The notes beneath the pieces were generated by a model. That model made no database searches. It had not been told where the DNA came from and worked only from the letters and a program-made list of their open reading frames with translations. From Bacillota bacterium (GTDB taxonomy: Bacteria > Bacillota > Clostridia > Christensenellales > UBA1242), in assembly GCA_009784375.1 (NCBI GenBank), contig WRBV01000001.1, forward strand, positions 18,546-82,545: DNA of 64,000 nt, written 5' to 3'. The position numbers and the translations under genes were made by a program. Position 1 is the stretch's first letter, and each line of letters opens with the position of its first letter. Shown in pieces: positions 9,670 to 20,032 of this stretch.

Positions 9670-10446
9670 TTACTCGGCTTCGGCTTCTTCCTCTTCTTTT
9701 TTACCAAAGAAGTAGCATCCTGCAAGTGCCGCCAATGCTGCACCAATCATAGGAGCAACAAGGAACAACCAAACTTGTCTAAGTCCTTCAACTCCACCGA
9801 ATACTGCTGTACCCAAGCTTCTTGCTGGGTTTACTGATGTTCCTGTGATGTTGAATCCAACAAAGTGAACAAGTGCAAGTGTCAAACCGATAACAATTCC
9901 AGCAATAACTGCATTTTTCTTTCTTGCAACCACACCAATGATTGTAAGAACGAATACGAATGTCAATACGATTTCAACAAGAAGTCCAAGAATAATTGAT
10001 GTTGCTGTGTTTGTACCGATTTCTTCAAACCCATTTACACCAGCTGTAAGCCAAGTTACATCACCACCGAATGCAAGTTTAATGGTTCCCCATACAAACA
10101 ATGCACCGACAATAGCTCCGATTACTTGTGCAACTACATAGAAACCAAAGTCTTTCAAGCTAAGTTTTTTTCTCATAAACATAGCAAGTGAAACCGCAGG
10201 GTTTACGTGTGCACCACTTATCGGACCAATTATGTAGATAATTGCCATAAGTGACAAACCAAATGCAAGCGAACCAATTAACGCATGTGCCGCCGTTGCA
10301 AATGGCATTCCATCTTCCGCTCCTGGAATACCCATAAAGGCACTACCAAGTAACATTCCGCCCCAGACAACCGCGCCCACACTCATCGCAACAAGGAAAG
10401 CGGTTCCGAGCATCTCAGCCAAGTACTTTTTCATATCTTTCATCAT
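9670..10446 (-). CDS. MIP-family channel (aquaporin/glycerol facilitator)
   Basis: Two NPA boxes (HVNPAVSL and SVNPARSL). Start set at MMKDMKKYLAEMLGT with an AAGGAGG upstream. The track ORF extends to 10578. Confidence 0.85.
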   Translation of the reverse strand: MMKDMKKYLAEMLGTAFLVAMSVGAVVWGGMLLGSAFMGIPGAEDGMPFATAAHALIGSLAFGLSLMAIIYIIGPISGAHVNPAVSLAMFMRKKLSLKDFGFYVVAQVIGAIVGALFVWGTIKLAFGGDVTWLTAGVNGFEEIGTNTATSIILGLLVEIVLTFVFVLTIIGVVARKKNAVIAGIVIGLTLALVHFVGFNITGTSVNPARSLGTAVFGGVEGLRQVWLFLVAPMIGAALAALAGCYFFGKKEEEEAEAE

Positions 10447-10623
10447 ATGAATTTTATTCCTCCTTATATTTAAGAATATAAATATATTCGTATAAATATA
10501 TGCAAAAGTCAAGGAAAAATACACCTTTTTCGCATTAATGTATTTTTTGGGCATCTTGGTCATAAAACAATCCAACATTTTTCCTTTTGATTATCAGTTC
10601 AAATATGTTACAATAATTCATCT

Positions 10624-11535
10624 ATGGGGGAAAACAAGTTCTTAAACCAAGAATACTCTCTTGCACAAGAGGGTCGAAATATGAAAGGCGAAACCAAACG
10701 GTTCCGTACTGCATCCATTATTTCTAGTGGATTTTTTACCATTGCAATCCTTATTTCGGTGGGACTTATTGCTTTTACCGTTGTTTTCTTTTATTCCGAA
10801 GTTCGTGGTACAAGCATGATGCATCGACTTAACCCTTATTATTTCCAAGCTAACGCTGTAAATGGTGGAAACAATACTGACAGCGTCCTTGTCAACCGTT
10901 TCGCCAACCCAAGTCGTGGTGACATTATAGTGACCCGATTTTATCGCACAAACGGACAACACCAAAGCCCAGATGGTCGGTTTTGTTTCTTTATTAAACG
11001 TGTAATCGCATTACCAGGCGACACCGTCTTTTTCCACAGAATTCCCTTAACCAATCCAACATCTTTTGCAAATGATCGTTTTGAAATCCAAGTAAATGGT
11101 GTACCTATCGACGAGTACTATCTTGATACAACTCGATGGGGTCAGAATTTGGTTACTGGGCATTATGTCCGCCTGCTAAATTGGCTTGAAGGTGGTAATT
11201 TACATGCAAATGACGGCTTTTACAACACAGGCTGGCAAAGACAGTTTATCCAATACGTCACACACACCCCCGCTAATGGATCACCCTTTACAAGAAGAGA
11301 AATCGTAATTCCACAAGGATATGTATTTTACATGGGTGACAATCGCGGTGGCGATGGATCAACTGGTGAAAATGGTGACCGTCAATGGAAAAGCTTTGAT
11401 TCATCAGACTTTGGTCCAGAACGAACCAATCTTATCGTTGGCGTAGTCGTTGATGTTGCACGAAACCAATCATTACCTGCATACATGTGGAATTGGGTGG
11501 TTCATATATTTACATTCCGTTGGATATGGGGCTGA
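10624..11535 (+). CDS. lepB: signal peptidase I
   Basis: N-terminal TM segment, GTSMMHRL (Ser box), IKRVIALPGDTV (Lys box), GDNRG. The alternative ATG at 10681 is equally plausible. Confidence 0.8.
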   Translation: MGENKFLNQEYSLAQEGRNMKGETKRFRTASIISSGFFTIAILISVGLIAFTVVFFYSEVRGTSMMHRLNPYYFQANAVNGGNNTDSVLVNRFANPSRGDIIVTRFYRTNGQHQSPDGRFCFFIKRVIALPGDTVFFHRIPLTNPTSFANDRFEIQVNGVPIDEYYLDTTRWGQNLVTGHYVRLLNWLEGGNLHANDGFYNTGWQRQFIQYVTHTPANGSPFTRREIVIPQGYVFYMGDNRGGDGSTGENGDRQWKSFDSSDFGPERTNLIVGVVVDVARNQSLPAYMWNWVVHIFTFRWIWG

Positions 11536-12787
11536 GATAAACTTTTTCATATTTAACAATGCGTTGCTTGCCTTTATAGTGGCTTTTTCTTATTATTTTT
11601 GATCGCACAATTTCATCATCACGATATGTATCAAGATAAGTAATTGTTTCGCGCGGTGGATAACCAGATTCAATTACTCGCTCTTTATAATACCATTCTT
11701 CCCCTGTGTAAAAATCATATCCACTTGTTTCAACGGGTACTTCGCCAAGTATCTCATATTTTTGTTCAAGAGTTTTCATCTCGACCCTTGGCACATACCT
11801 AAACGAAGTCGGGGCTCCATATATTTTGACAAGTGCAGTATTTTTTGGTCCATTGTCGATAACCTTGGCTTCTATGAAAATTGTATGTCCTGTGTTATTT
11901 ACAAATTCCAAATCGGCGGCACTTGATACCATCGCATCACGTCCAAGCGGGACATACGATATCGGCAGACTGTGATTATGACTCTCCGCTATTCGTAATC
12001 CACTTAAAAGCACCGCATTAAAAATGGTCGTGCTTGCTTGGCATACCCCGCCGCCTATTCCTGGAACAAATTCACCGTCCTTGATTATATTAGCCTCTTC
12101 AAAACCCATTGCACTTGTTCTTGGACCTACGACCTTGTTAAAGGATACGCGCTCGCCATCTTTTACTATTAGACCATCAAAAGCCTCCAGAGCAAGTGCG
12201 ATGTTAGACTCTCTCGGTGCATTATCGGCAAATACGGTTGAATAGCGACTGCGCTCAACTATATCATCCAAAATGTCATCTACACCTCTCGGTGTCGTTA
12301 CTTTCACATCGGCATAGATATCGGTATATACCCCACCCTTTAATGCCATGAAAATATCCATGCATAGCTTTTTTACATCAAGCTCCCGCCCCTCTTCTTG
12401 GTCCGTTATCCAAAATTTTTTCAATCTATCTGGTTCAAAATTTATTATGCCGTCATTTTTTGCCTTGAACACTTCATCTTCGATATTTTTTACAATTTTA
12501 TATATCTCGGGAAATTTTTTCTGTAATGTCATTGCTGGGTCAAGGACCTTTTTTTCTTGAATATCTTGTGCTCGCTCCCATAAATTCTTGCCCTCGGTAA
12601 ATTTGTGCCTTGATTCCAAATCCCACCAATTTGGTACAAGCTTCGACTCTGTTACCTTTATTTTTTTAACAATTCCATCAACTTCATAATGAATGGAAAA
12701 ATATACCTGTTCATTTGCAAAGCCAAAAAGACCAAATGAACCCAATACAAGTATTACTACAATTCCGACAATTAAAGCGCGTTTCAC
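11510..12787 (-). CDS. VanW-family protein
   Basis: N-terminal TM segment. GGGVCQASTTIFNAVLLSG, the VanW signature region. Confidence 0.8.
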   Translation of the reverse strand: MKRALIVGIVVILVLGSFGLFGFANEQVYFSIHYEVDGIVKKIKVTESKLVPNWWDLESRHKFTEGKNLWERAQDIQEKKVLDPAMTLQKKFPEIYKIVKNIEDEVFKAKNDGIINFEPDRLKKFWITDQEEGRELDVKKLCMDIFMALKGGVYTDIYADVKVTTPRGVDDILDDIVERSRYSTVFADNAPRESNIALALEAFDGLIVKDGERVSFNKVVGPRTSAMGFEEANIIKDGEFVPGIGGGVCQASTTIFNAVLLSGLRIAESHNHSLPISYVPLGRDAMVSSAADLEFVNNTGHTIFIEAKVIDNGPKNTALVKIYGAPTSFRYVPRVEMKTLEQKYEILGEVPVETSGYDFYTGEEWYYKERVIESGYPPRETITYLDTYRDDEIVRSKIIRKSHYKGKQRIVKYEKVYLSPISNGM

Positions 12788-12825
12788 ACGGTATTATGTG
12801 CAGATTTTCTGTCAAAAATTAACTA

Positions 12826-13287
12826 ATGGTCAAGTTTATTCTTTTTTCTACTTTTTGCATAATCCTTATCTTCTATCATTTTGAATCATTGTCTAATCCA
12901 AAGCTTGAACAACTGGGGGACGGTCAGTTTTCAATATATTCACGCGAAATTATCCAAAGCCCGCTTGTCTTATCAAAAACCAACATCGGTTTTGGATTTA
13001 TTTATACAATACATTCATTAAACGCAAATCAATTACGTCAAAAATTCAATGTGATTGACGGCGAAAGCATTGTTCTTGATAACTTTATACATCCAAACCA
13101 AATTCTCCGACAACTTGGATATACACAAATTTCATCCCAACAAAGCGCAAATCTTTTTACAATCTATGCCTATTCAAGTCGAGGTCGTGATTTTATTAGA
13201 AAAGACAACAACCGAATTAACTTGCAGGTCGCAGTACGAGACGGCAGAGTCACAATCGGCTGGCCAGTAATTTTGGGAAGCTTTTAA
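12826..13287 (+). CDS. hypothetical membrane-anchored protein (possibly YwmB-like)
   Basis: ORF track. Hydrophobic N-terminus. The tail INLQVAVRDGRVTIGWPVI is only weakly reminiscent of YwmB/DUF1779. Confidence 0.4.
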   Translation: MVKFILFSTFCIILIFYHFESLSNPKLEQLGDGQFSIYSREIIQSPLVLSKTNIGFGFIYTIHSLNANQLRQKFNVIDGESIVLDNFIHPNQILRQLGYTQISSQQSANLFTIYAYSSRGRDFIRKDNNRINLQVAVRDGRVTIGWPVILGSF

Positions 13288-13315
13288 AATACAAATAAAC
13301 AGAGTCATCCTCTGT

Positions 13316-13855
13316 TTATTGTTCTTTGTGCATGTCGCTTACCGCTCTTATAACGGCGTCTACCTCTTTGTTTCTGCCTAGTACATATCCGCCTTCTTGC
13401 TTGCGCATCCAACTTGTTAAACGAGAAAGTAACATTGTTTGTGCAACTTTGTCATGTTGTTTCGTGCAACCAAGAAAATCACATTCTGCTTTTATTACCG
13501 CTCCAACATCATGCATTGCATCCAAATCAAAATATGCTTGTTCTTTGGGGTAGTCGCTCCTGCCATTTTGACTGTAATATTCAAAGAGACTATTAAATGC
13601 TTGTGTGTGATATATCATTTCTTCTTTATCACAACCCTCTCGCGCACAATGCCCCAAATCTTTTATAGTGTCATTTTCTACTACTGGAAGATTTACAACC
13701 TTTCGGGCTTGACTGACCGTGAAGCCATTTTCATAGATAAGGCATTCAAAGAAAGTCTTCTGTGCATCGTTCCATCCATCACTCTGGTCTCGCAAAAATT
13801 TTTCAACATTCGGATCCAAGCCAAATTCATCAAATGTCGCCAAACTCCTCATCAT
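13316..13855 (-). CDS. hypothetical protein
   Basis: ORF track. Start moved to the ATGATG at 13855, which follows an AAAGGAG RBS. Confidence 0.5.
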   Translation of the reverse strand: MMRSLATFDEFGLDPNVEKFLRDQSDGWNDAQKTFFECLIYENGFTVSQARKVVNLPVVENDTIKDLGHCAREGCDKEEMIYHTQAFNSLFEYYSQNGRSDYPKEQAYFDLDAMHDVGAVIKAECDFLGCTKQHDKVAQTMLLSRLTSWMRKQEGGYVLGRNKEVDAVIRAVSDMHKEQ

Positions 13856-13924
13856 CAATTCTCCTTTGCAAGAGATTATCACAATATACTCAATTTTACA
13901 ATACCTAACTTGGTCTAAGCCTTT

Positions 13925-14692
13925 TTAATCCCCGAACATTAATATCTCTTCCCAATCGCGGCTTATTTGAAAAGATTTATGTTCACGACGGAAAATATCA
14001 AGGAGCCCACTTGATTTAAAGCTGTAATATTCTTCTTTGCCAAAAATTAAATGGTCAAGAACATGTATTTGCAGCGGAGTAAAAAGATTTACAAGTGATC
14101 GTGTAAGCAATATATCCGCATCTGACGGAGTTACACTTTCGCTTACATGATTATGTGAAACGACAACTGCTGCCGCTTTTACACGTAACACAGCATCCAT
14201 AATTTCGCGTAAATCAAGGTCGACTTTGTGAATATTACCTTCGACTTGTTCTTGCAATATTATCTTGCCCGCTTTGTCAAGACAAACCAAGATAAACTCT
14301 TCGCTTGAATATGTTTGCATAATAGGCTGCAAGTACTCGACCGCATTTTGTGTATTATTAATTTGTTCTTTTCGATTTTTTCGCTTTGTTGCATAAGTCA
14401 CAAATTGACGAAGAAATGATAAGAACACCGCGGTATTCTCACCCACACCACCTACCTCTTGCAACTTTTCTGGATGTGCTTCGATTACACCGCTCAAGCT
14501 TCCGAATTTGTTGATTAATCTATGTGCCGTTGGATTGGTATCAATACGTGGTATGCAAAGACCGAGCGCATATTCCAAAACTTGTGTCTCGTTAAAAGTT
14601 TCCAGACCATGTTCGACAAACAAGTCTCGAAGTTTGCGTCGTCGCCCGTGGTGGATTTCGCTGTCCGTCTTTTCATCTTTTATTTTTGCCAT
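13925..14692 (-). CDS. radC: RadC-like JAB/MPN domain protein
   Basis: JAMM motif HNHVSESVTPSDADILLT. The N-terminus MAKIKDE...RRRKLRDLF is typical of RadC. The track ORF begins upstream at 14788. Confidence 0.8.
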   Translation of the reverse strand: MAKIKDEKTDSEIHHGRRRKLRDLFVEHGLETFNETQVLEYALGLCIPRIDTNPTAHRLINKFGSLSGVIEAHPEKLQEVGGVGENTAVFLSFLRQFVTYATKRKNRKEQINNTQNAVEYLQPIMQTYSSEEFILVCLDKAGKIILQEQVEGNIHKVDLDLREIMDAVLRVKAAAVVVSHNHVSESVTPSDADILLTRSLVNLFTPLQIHVLDHLIFGKEEYYSFKSSGLLDIFRREHKSFQISRDWEEILMFGD

Positions 14693-14751
14693 GGAACTAT
14701 TATGCCATATCTCTACACATATACAAAAAGAAAAAGAAGCTCTCGCTTCTT

Positions 14752-15033
14752 TTATCGTCTCCAAATAATTTGCCCTGGTCTGCCCCATCCAAGTTCACGC
14801 AATGCCCATTCTTCTAAGAAGCTTGGGCATTCAAATAAACCGATGTCATTTTCGGCATCACGAATTTGTTGTGCAAGGCGTGCGTTTTCTGCATCAAGAC
14901 TTGCTAATTGACGGTTACGATTACCTTGGATTGCCAATTGAAAAGTCAAAACAGTAACAAGGCAAACCATCAACGTCACCGCTGCAACCACGGTAATTTG
15001 TACACGCTTTTTCAATCTTTCGTTCATGACCAT
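14752..15033 (-). CDS. septum formation initiator (FtsB/DivIC-like) family protein
   Basis: Single TM segment, then coiled coil QLASLDAENARLAQQIRDAEND, then EEWALRELGW. Confidence 0.6.
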   Translation of the reverse strand: MVMNERLKKRVQITVVAAVTLMVCLVTVLTFQLAIQGNRNRQLASLDAENARLAQQIRDAENDIGLFECPSFLEEWALRELGWGRPGQIIWRR

Positions 15034-15104
15034 GATTTATTATATAACAAAACGATAAATTAACCAAAACAAATATACACATATACCTTTGCATACATTA
15101 TATT

Positions 15105-15872
15105 GTGAACATCTTTATCGCAATATTTCTTGGCATAGTACAAGGCTTTACCGAATTTCTTCCAGTCTCGTCAAGTGGTCACTTGATACTTTTTCAACAT
15201 ATCTTTAACCTTGGAGACGACCTTTTACTTTTTAATATTCTTCTCCACATCGCTACACTACTTGCCGTATTGTTTGTCTTTCGGAAGCGAATTTGGGAGC
15301 TTGTTAAAAATCCACTCAACAAAACTAACCTTGCACTTGTGCTTGCGACCATTGTTACTGTTGGATTCGTACTTGTATTCAAGGACTTTATAGATCAAAC
15401 CATGGGTGCAAATGTTTTACCAATAACATTTATGATTACCGCGATATTGCTTTTTTCAACCACGTTTATTGAACCATCAAAATCGTTGGTGCCAAACAAA
15501 CCAATTACATACACTTCGGCATTGTTCACAGGTCTTGCCCAAGGTATTGCAGTTGTTCCAGGTTTTTCACGAAGTGGATTCACAATTAGTACGGCATTGT
15601 TCACAGGAACTAATCGCGAACGTGCGGCAGAATTCTCGTTCCTTATGAGCATCCCCATAATTATCGCGGCACTTATATATGAATTGATTTCAAATCCATC
15701 ACCATCACTCGGCAATCCCGTTCCACTTGTGCTTGCATTTATTGCCGCACTTGTATCTGGAATTTTTGCAATCAAGTTTATGCTCAACATAATCAAAAAG
15801 GTAAAACTATATTGGTTCAGCCTGTATCTGGTAATTCTTTCGATTGTTACGATTTTCCTTTTATATATCTAG
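15105..15872 (+). CDS. uppP: undecaprenyl-diphosphate phosphatase
   Basis: QGFTEFLPVSSSGHL and PGFSRSG motifs in a polytopic membrane protein. Confidence 0.9.
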   Translation: MNIFIAIFLGIVQGFTEFLPVSSSGHLILFQHIFNLGDDLLLFNILLHIATLLAVLFVFRKRIWELVKNPLNKTNLALVLATIVTVGFVLVFKDFIDQTMGANVLPITFMITAILLFSTTFIEPSKSLVPNKPITYTSALFTGLAQGIAVVPGFSRSGFTISTALFTGTNRERAAEFSFLMSIPIIIAALIYELISNPSPSLGNPVPLVLAFIAALVSGIFAIKFMLNIIKKVKLYWFSLYLVILSIVTIFLLYI

Positions 15873-15894
15873 CGTTATGTGTTAATCTATATAA

Positions 15895-16326
15895 ATGGAA
15901 AACATAGAAAAACTTGTAAACGAATTCCTTGGAGATGAGGGTTTTAACCTGCGTAATGCACTTGCCTATGGTGGCATGGGATTGTCAAAAACGACGGGTC
16001 AAGCCAACGAAATAATAAGCGGAGTTGGGTTTGCCGAACAACAATACAGCAGAGACCGTCAAATCCGTATGGGTGAAATTCTTGGTGAAATGCTTTTTTA
16101 TTGGCACGTATTGGCAAGCACAATTGAAATGCCGATTGATGAAATAATCGCTCAATATGTTTCAAGCTTCGAAGCAACACGAGTAACACTTGCAAAAGAC
16201 AAGGTAACTATCCAAGATATGATGGAAATGAAAAAACACGTAAAAGCAAGTGTTCTTGCCGATTTAGAAAGAAGCAAAGATAATAACGAAAAGAAAAAAG
16301 TCCGTGAAAACATGTTAATGAAGTAA
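15895..16326 (+). CDS. hypothetical protein (possibly MazG-like all-alpha NTP pyrophosphohydrolase fold)
   Basis: ORF track. The GEILGEMLFYWHVLA segment only loosely resembles MazG-family helices. Confidence 0.35.
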   Translation: MENIEKLVNEFLGDEGFNLRNALAYGGMGLSKTTGQANEIISGVGFAEQQYSRDRQIRMGEILGEMLFYWHVLASTIEMPIDEIIAQYVSSFEATRVTLAKDKVTIQDMMEMKKHVKASVLADLERSKDNNEKKKVRENMLMK

Positions 16327-16340
16327 CAACAGGAAAACGA

Positions 16341-16805
16341 ATGAATCAACTATCAATGGAAACACCAATTGGAAAGCTCACCATCTCGGAACGGGATGGT
16401 TTTATTACGCATGTCTATTTCTGTGGTGAAGAGTCCAATGCAAATGACACCGAAACTCCCCTTTTACTGCAAGCCAAAACACAACTAACCGAATATTTCA
16501 ATGGCACGCGAAAAACTTTCGATCTACCAATCAAACCAAATGGCGGAGAATTTTTTAGACGCGTATGGAGCAAAATGATTGAATTGGTTCCATATGGGCA
16601 AACTGCAAGCTATGGTGAACTTGCAAAACTTGCTGGAAACGAAAAAGCAAGCCGAGCCGTCGGCATGGCAAATAACCGCAACCCAATTCCAATAATCATT
16701 CCATGTCACCGAATCGTCGGCAAGAACGGAAAACTTACTGGTTTTCGCGGCGGGCTTGATTCAAAGCAATGGTTACTTGAACACGAGAAAAATAATTTAA
16801 ATTAA
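16341..16805 (+). CDS. ogt: methylated-DNA--protein-cysteine methyltransferase
   Basis: Active-site IIPCHRIV. YGELAKLAGNEKASRAVGMANNRNP. Confidence 0.9.
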   Translation: MNQLSMETPIGKLTISERDGFITHVYFCGEESNANDTETPLLLQAKTQLTEYFNGTRKTFDLPIKPNGGEFFRRVWSKMIELVPYGQTASYGELAKLAGNEKASRAVGMANNRNPIPIIIPCHRIVGKNGKLTGFRGGLDSKQWLLEHEKNNLN

Positions 16806-17017
16806 TTTACCTTTTTTTCTATTTTGGTGTCTGCACACGCCATTTGATACTGTATAAGTGTTTCCGACACGCCTTCGGGCTCCATTTCGTCATTCATAAT
16901 TCTTCTTTCTGTCGTTTTCAATAGGTTGGCATAAAGTGGATTAAATCCAATCATATCTCTTCCGTTAAAATACCGCGAGAGTTGCGAAAGCTGCGATTTT
17001 TTTGGTAATTGTTCCAT
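16802..17017 (-). CDS. hypothetical 71-aa protein, apparently leaderless
   Basis: ORF track. TTGCTA-17nt-TATAAT ends 5 nt before the ATG. No SD sequence. Confidence 0.4.
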   Translation of the reverse strand: MEQLPKKSQLSQLSRYFNGRDMIGFNPLYANLLKTTERRIMNDEMEPEGVSETLIQYQMACADTKIEKKVN

Positions 17018-17022
17018 ATATG

Positions 17023-17051
17023 ATTATATAACATTTGTTTCAACCTAGCAA
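17023..17051 (-). promoter_or_regulatory. sigma-70-type promoter abutting the 71-aa ORF
   Basis: Reverse strand reads TTGCTA (17051-17046), a 17-nt spacer, TATAAT (17028-17023), then CATAT and the ATG. Confidence 0.5.
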
Positions 17052-17162
17052 TCACTTGATTTGCGTTAGATTCCTGAGATAAATTTCGATGGTGTTCGAG
17101 GGAAGACATAGGTAATATCTGACCGAGAATGACGCGGAATTTAGCCAAAAAGATAATGTAAA

Positions 17163-17597
17163 TCACTTATGGTATTTCTCGCCCTTGGCTATTGTAAACG
17201 CGCGATAAATTTGTTCCACCAAAATCACCCGAAACAATTGATGCGGCAAGGTTATACCGCCAAAACTTATTTTTTCGCTAACAACATCGTCCAAATAATT
17301 TCCAACACCATCACTTCCGCCGATTACAAATGATATTGTACTTGATGTTTGTGATATGTTTTCAACCCTTTTTGATAAACCGACACTTGAAACACTTTGT
17401 CCATTAATATCGCACAAAAATACATGACCACGCAATTTGGTCTTTATCTCTTCACATTCGCGTTTGATATCACTTTCTTTTACTTGGATTATCTCGAGCT
17501 TACAATATTTGCCAAGCCTTTTTACATATTCCGATATTGCATCGGTAAAGAACTTTTCCTTGATTGTTCCCACCGCGATTATTTTGATTGTGAGCAT
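17163..17597 (-). CDS. rlmH: 23S rRNA (pseudouridine1915-N3)-methyltransferase
   Basis: MLTIKIIAVGTIKEKFFTDAISEYVKRL...IGGSDG...ISFGGITLPHQL, a SPOUT fold of RlmH size (144 aa). Confidence 0.85.
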   Translation of the reverse strand: MLTIKIIAVGTIKEKFFTDAISEYVKRLGKYCKLEIIQVKESDIKRECEEIKTKLRGHVFLCDINGQSVSSVGLSKRVENISQTSSTISFVIGGSDGVGNYLDDVVSEKISFGGITLPHQLFRVILVEQIYRAFTIAKGEKYHK

Positions 17598-17608
17598 ATT
17601 ATCCCCTT

Positions 17609-18307
17609 TTACCTAAAAACCGAATGTGCAATATCTTTACTCACGATTTTGAATTCTCCGCTCTTTAAACTTCCCAACTTTAATCCCGCAATTGCCACTC
17701 GTCGAAGTGCGGTTATCCTGTATCCTAGTGCCTCGAACATTTTACGTACTTGGCGGTTGCGACCCTCGGTAATTGTTAATTCGACAACATTAGGCTCGGT
17801 TCGATTTGCCTTTGCTGGATGTGTCATTTGATCATCAATCAAAATTCCTTGTTCCAAATTTTTTAAATGCATCGGATGGAACTCTTTATTTAATGTTGCG
17901 ACATAGGTCTTGCTTATTTTTGACGATGGATGCGTCACCCGCTTGGTAAATTCGCCATCATTTGTAAGAATCAACAATCCACCTGTATCATAGTCAAGCC
18001 GACCTACTGGGAATATCCTTGCATTACCAATTTTTTCTTTATCAATCAAATCAAGTACCGTCTTTCTGCCCTTTTCGTCATTGCATGTTGTAACATATCC
18101 TTTTGGTTTATTCAAAATAATATAGATAAACTCTTGACTTGCCGAAACCAACTTGCCATCTACATGCACTATATCTTTCTCATTTATCTGTGTCGAAAGG
18201 TCTCGCACAACAATGCCATTTATTTTAATGCGACCTTTTATTATATATTCTTCGCATGCTCTTCGCGAGCCTACGCCACAACTTGCCAAAAACTTATTTA
18301 TTCTCAT
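17609..18307 (-). CDS. pseudouridine synthase, RsuA/RluB family
   Basis: S4 domain MRINKFLASCGVGSRR. Catalytic GRLDYDTGGLLILTNDG. Confidence 0.85.
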   Translation of the reverse strand: MRINKFLASCGVGSRRACEEYIIKGRIKINGIVVRDLSTQINEKDIVHVDGKLVSASQEFIYIILNKPKGYVTTCNDEKGRKTVLDLIDKEKIGNARIFPVGRLDYDTGGLLILTNDGEFTKRVTHPSSKISKTYVATLNKEFHPMHLKNLEQGILIDDQMTHPAKANRTEPNVVELTITEGRNRQVRKMFEALGYRITALRRVAIAGLKLGSLKSGEFKIVSKDIAHSVFR

Positions 18308-18376
18308 ATTTTATGATAACACAAGATTACATATTTCTCACTTTTCAATTCGCGATTTCTTATATATAATAGTAAT

Positions 18377-19777
18377 ATGAAACTTTATAACACATTAACA
18401 CGAAGCAAGGATCAGTTCATCCCAATTGATGGCAAAACGGCAAGAATCTATTCTTGTGGACCAACCGTATACTCTTCACCGTCTATTGGTAATTTACGTG
18501 CCTATATTTTTACTGATATTTTAAAAAAGGCGATCGAGCTTAACGGATTCGAAGTTTTCGACATAGTAAACACGACAGACGTTGGGCATTTGCAAAGTGA
18601 CGCAGACGAAGGCGAGGACAAAATCGAGGTCGCAGCACGAAAAGCTAACCTTGACCCAATGGCAATTGCCAAACGTTATACTGATGAATTCTTTGATGCA
18701 TGTGACAAATTAATGATAAGACGTCCCAAAATTACTGCACCCGCAACATCATATATCGAGCAAATGATTGAACACATCGCAGGGCTTGAAAAACTTGGAT
18801 ACACATATAATACAAGCGACGGAGTTTATTTCGATAGCTCTAGATTTACTGATTATTATATTCTATCAAAGAAAAAAGACTCGAAAGAAGACAAGGCTGG
18901 AATCCGTGTTGCACTTGGCGAAAAGAAAAATGCAAACGACTTTTGCTTGTGGAGATTTGCAAAGCCAACCGCATTACAAAAATGGCAAAGTCCATGGGGA
19001 ATTGGATTTCCTGGTTGGCATATTGAATGTTCGGCAATTGCACGTCATCATTTCGGTGATACATTCGATATACATACGGGCGGTGTTGACCACATTCCAA
19101 TTCATCATACAAACGAAATTGCCCAGACCCAAGCACTTACAAATAAACCAGTCGCAAATTTCTGGATTCATAATGAATTTGTTATGGTTGATGGCGGCAA
19201 AATGAGCAAGAGCCTTGGTAATGTATACACCGTTACCAATCTCGAGGAACGTGGATTTAACCCAATTGCATTTCGCTATTTTGTTCTTGGCGCACATTAC
19301 AGAACATTGCTTAATTTCACATTTGATGCCTTGATTGGTGCACAAACATCTTATGATAATCTTGTGAAAGAATTATCAAAACATGCAAGCAGAGCAAGCA
19401 CCAATAATGATAAACTTGCACATCAATATCGAACCCGGTTTGTTGAATATATGTCGGATGACCTTAACACTTCACGCGCACTTGCCATTGTTTGGGAATT
19501 GGTAAAACTCTCCCCCGACAAATTGGTTTATGACCTTGTCATCGAATTTGACCAAGTCTTGTCCCTTGGTTTAGAAAATGCGGTTAAACAATATTTGATA
19601 AATACAAATGTTAAGATTGAAATCCCCAAGCTTGTGAAAGAAATGGCTGATAAACGCATTCAATTAAAAAAAGACAAACAATTCGCCGATGCCGACAAGT
19701 TACGCGAAGAAATCAAATATCTTGGCTATGAAATATCCGATACGAAAGATGGATACGAAATCACAAAAATCAATTAA
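18377..19777 (+). CDS. cysS: cysteine--tRNA ligase
   Basis: MKLYNTLTRSKDQF, CGPTVY, GWHIECS, KMSKSLGN. Confidence 0.95.
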   Translation: MKLYNTLTRSKDQFIPIDGKTARIYSCGPTVYSSPSIGNLRAYIFTDILKKAIELNGFEVFDIVNTTDVGHLQSDADEGEDKIEVAARKANLDPMAIAKRYTDEFFDACDKLMIRRPKITAPATSYIEQMIEHIAGLEKLGYTYNTSDGVYFDSSRFTDYYILSKKKDSKEDKAGIRVALGEKKNANDFCLWRFAKPTALQKWQSPWGIGFPGWHIECSAIARHHFGDTFDIHTGGVDHIPIHHTNEIAQTQALTNKPVANFWIHNEFVMVDGGKMSKSLGNVYTVTNLEERGFNPIAFRYFVLGAHYRTLLNFTFDALIGAQTSYDNLVKELSKHASRASTNNDKLAHQYRTRFVEYMSDDLNTSRALAIVWELVKLSPDKLVYDLVIEFDQVLSLGLENAVKQYLINTNVKIEIPKLVKEMADKRIQLKKDKQFADADKLREEIKYLGYEISDTKDGYEITKIN

Positions 19778-19778
19778 A

Positions 19779-19803
19779 AAGAAGGATCTCCCTTCTTTTT
19801 TTA
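19779..19803. terminator. bidirectional intrinsic terminator between cysS and the convergent 74-aa gene
   Basis: AAGAAGG / CCTTCTT stem flanked by A-runs and T-runs. Confidence 0.65.
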
Positions 19804-19804
19804 T

Positions 19805-20029
19805 TCAATAATAGTTGTCTGTTTCTCTTTGTGCGATTTCCTGTTCATATTGACCAACCCCACCAAGTTTAATGACCGCACATACTCCTGCTATTTTTAC
19901 AACGTCAATAACAGTCCCAAGCTTGTTACCAGCCTTTGTTGTCTTATCAGTTACCCAAGCATCTACAGTAAATAAACCTTCACTTGCTTTGTCTATTGCT
20001 TGATCTTTTAAATGTGCTAATTTACTCAT
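19805..20029 (-). CDS. hypothetical 74-aa protein
   Basis: ORF track. Last gene of the parA-led same-strand string. Confidence 0.45.
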   Translation of the reverse strand: MSKLAHLKDQAIDKASEGLFTVDAWVTDKTTKAGNKLGTVIDVVKIAGVCAVIKLGGVGQYEQEIAQRETDNYY

Positions 20030-20032
20030 TTC

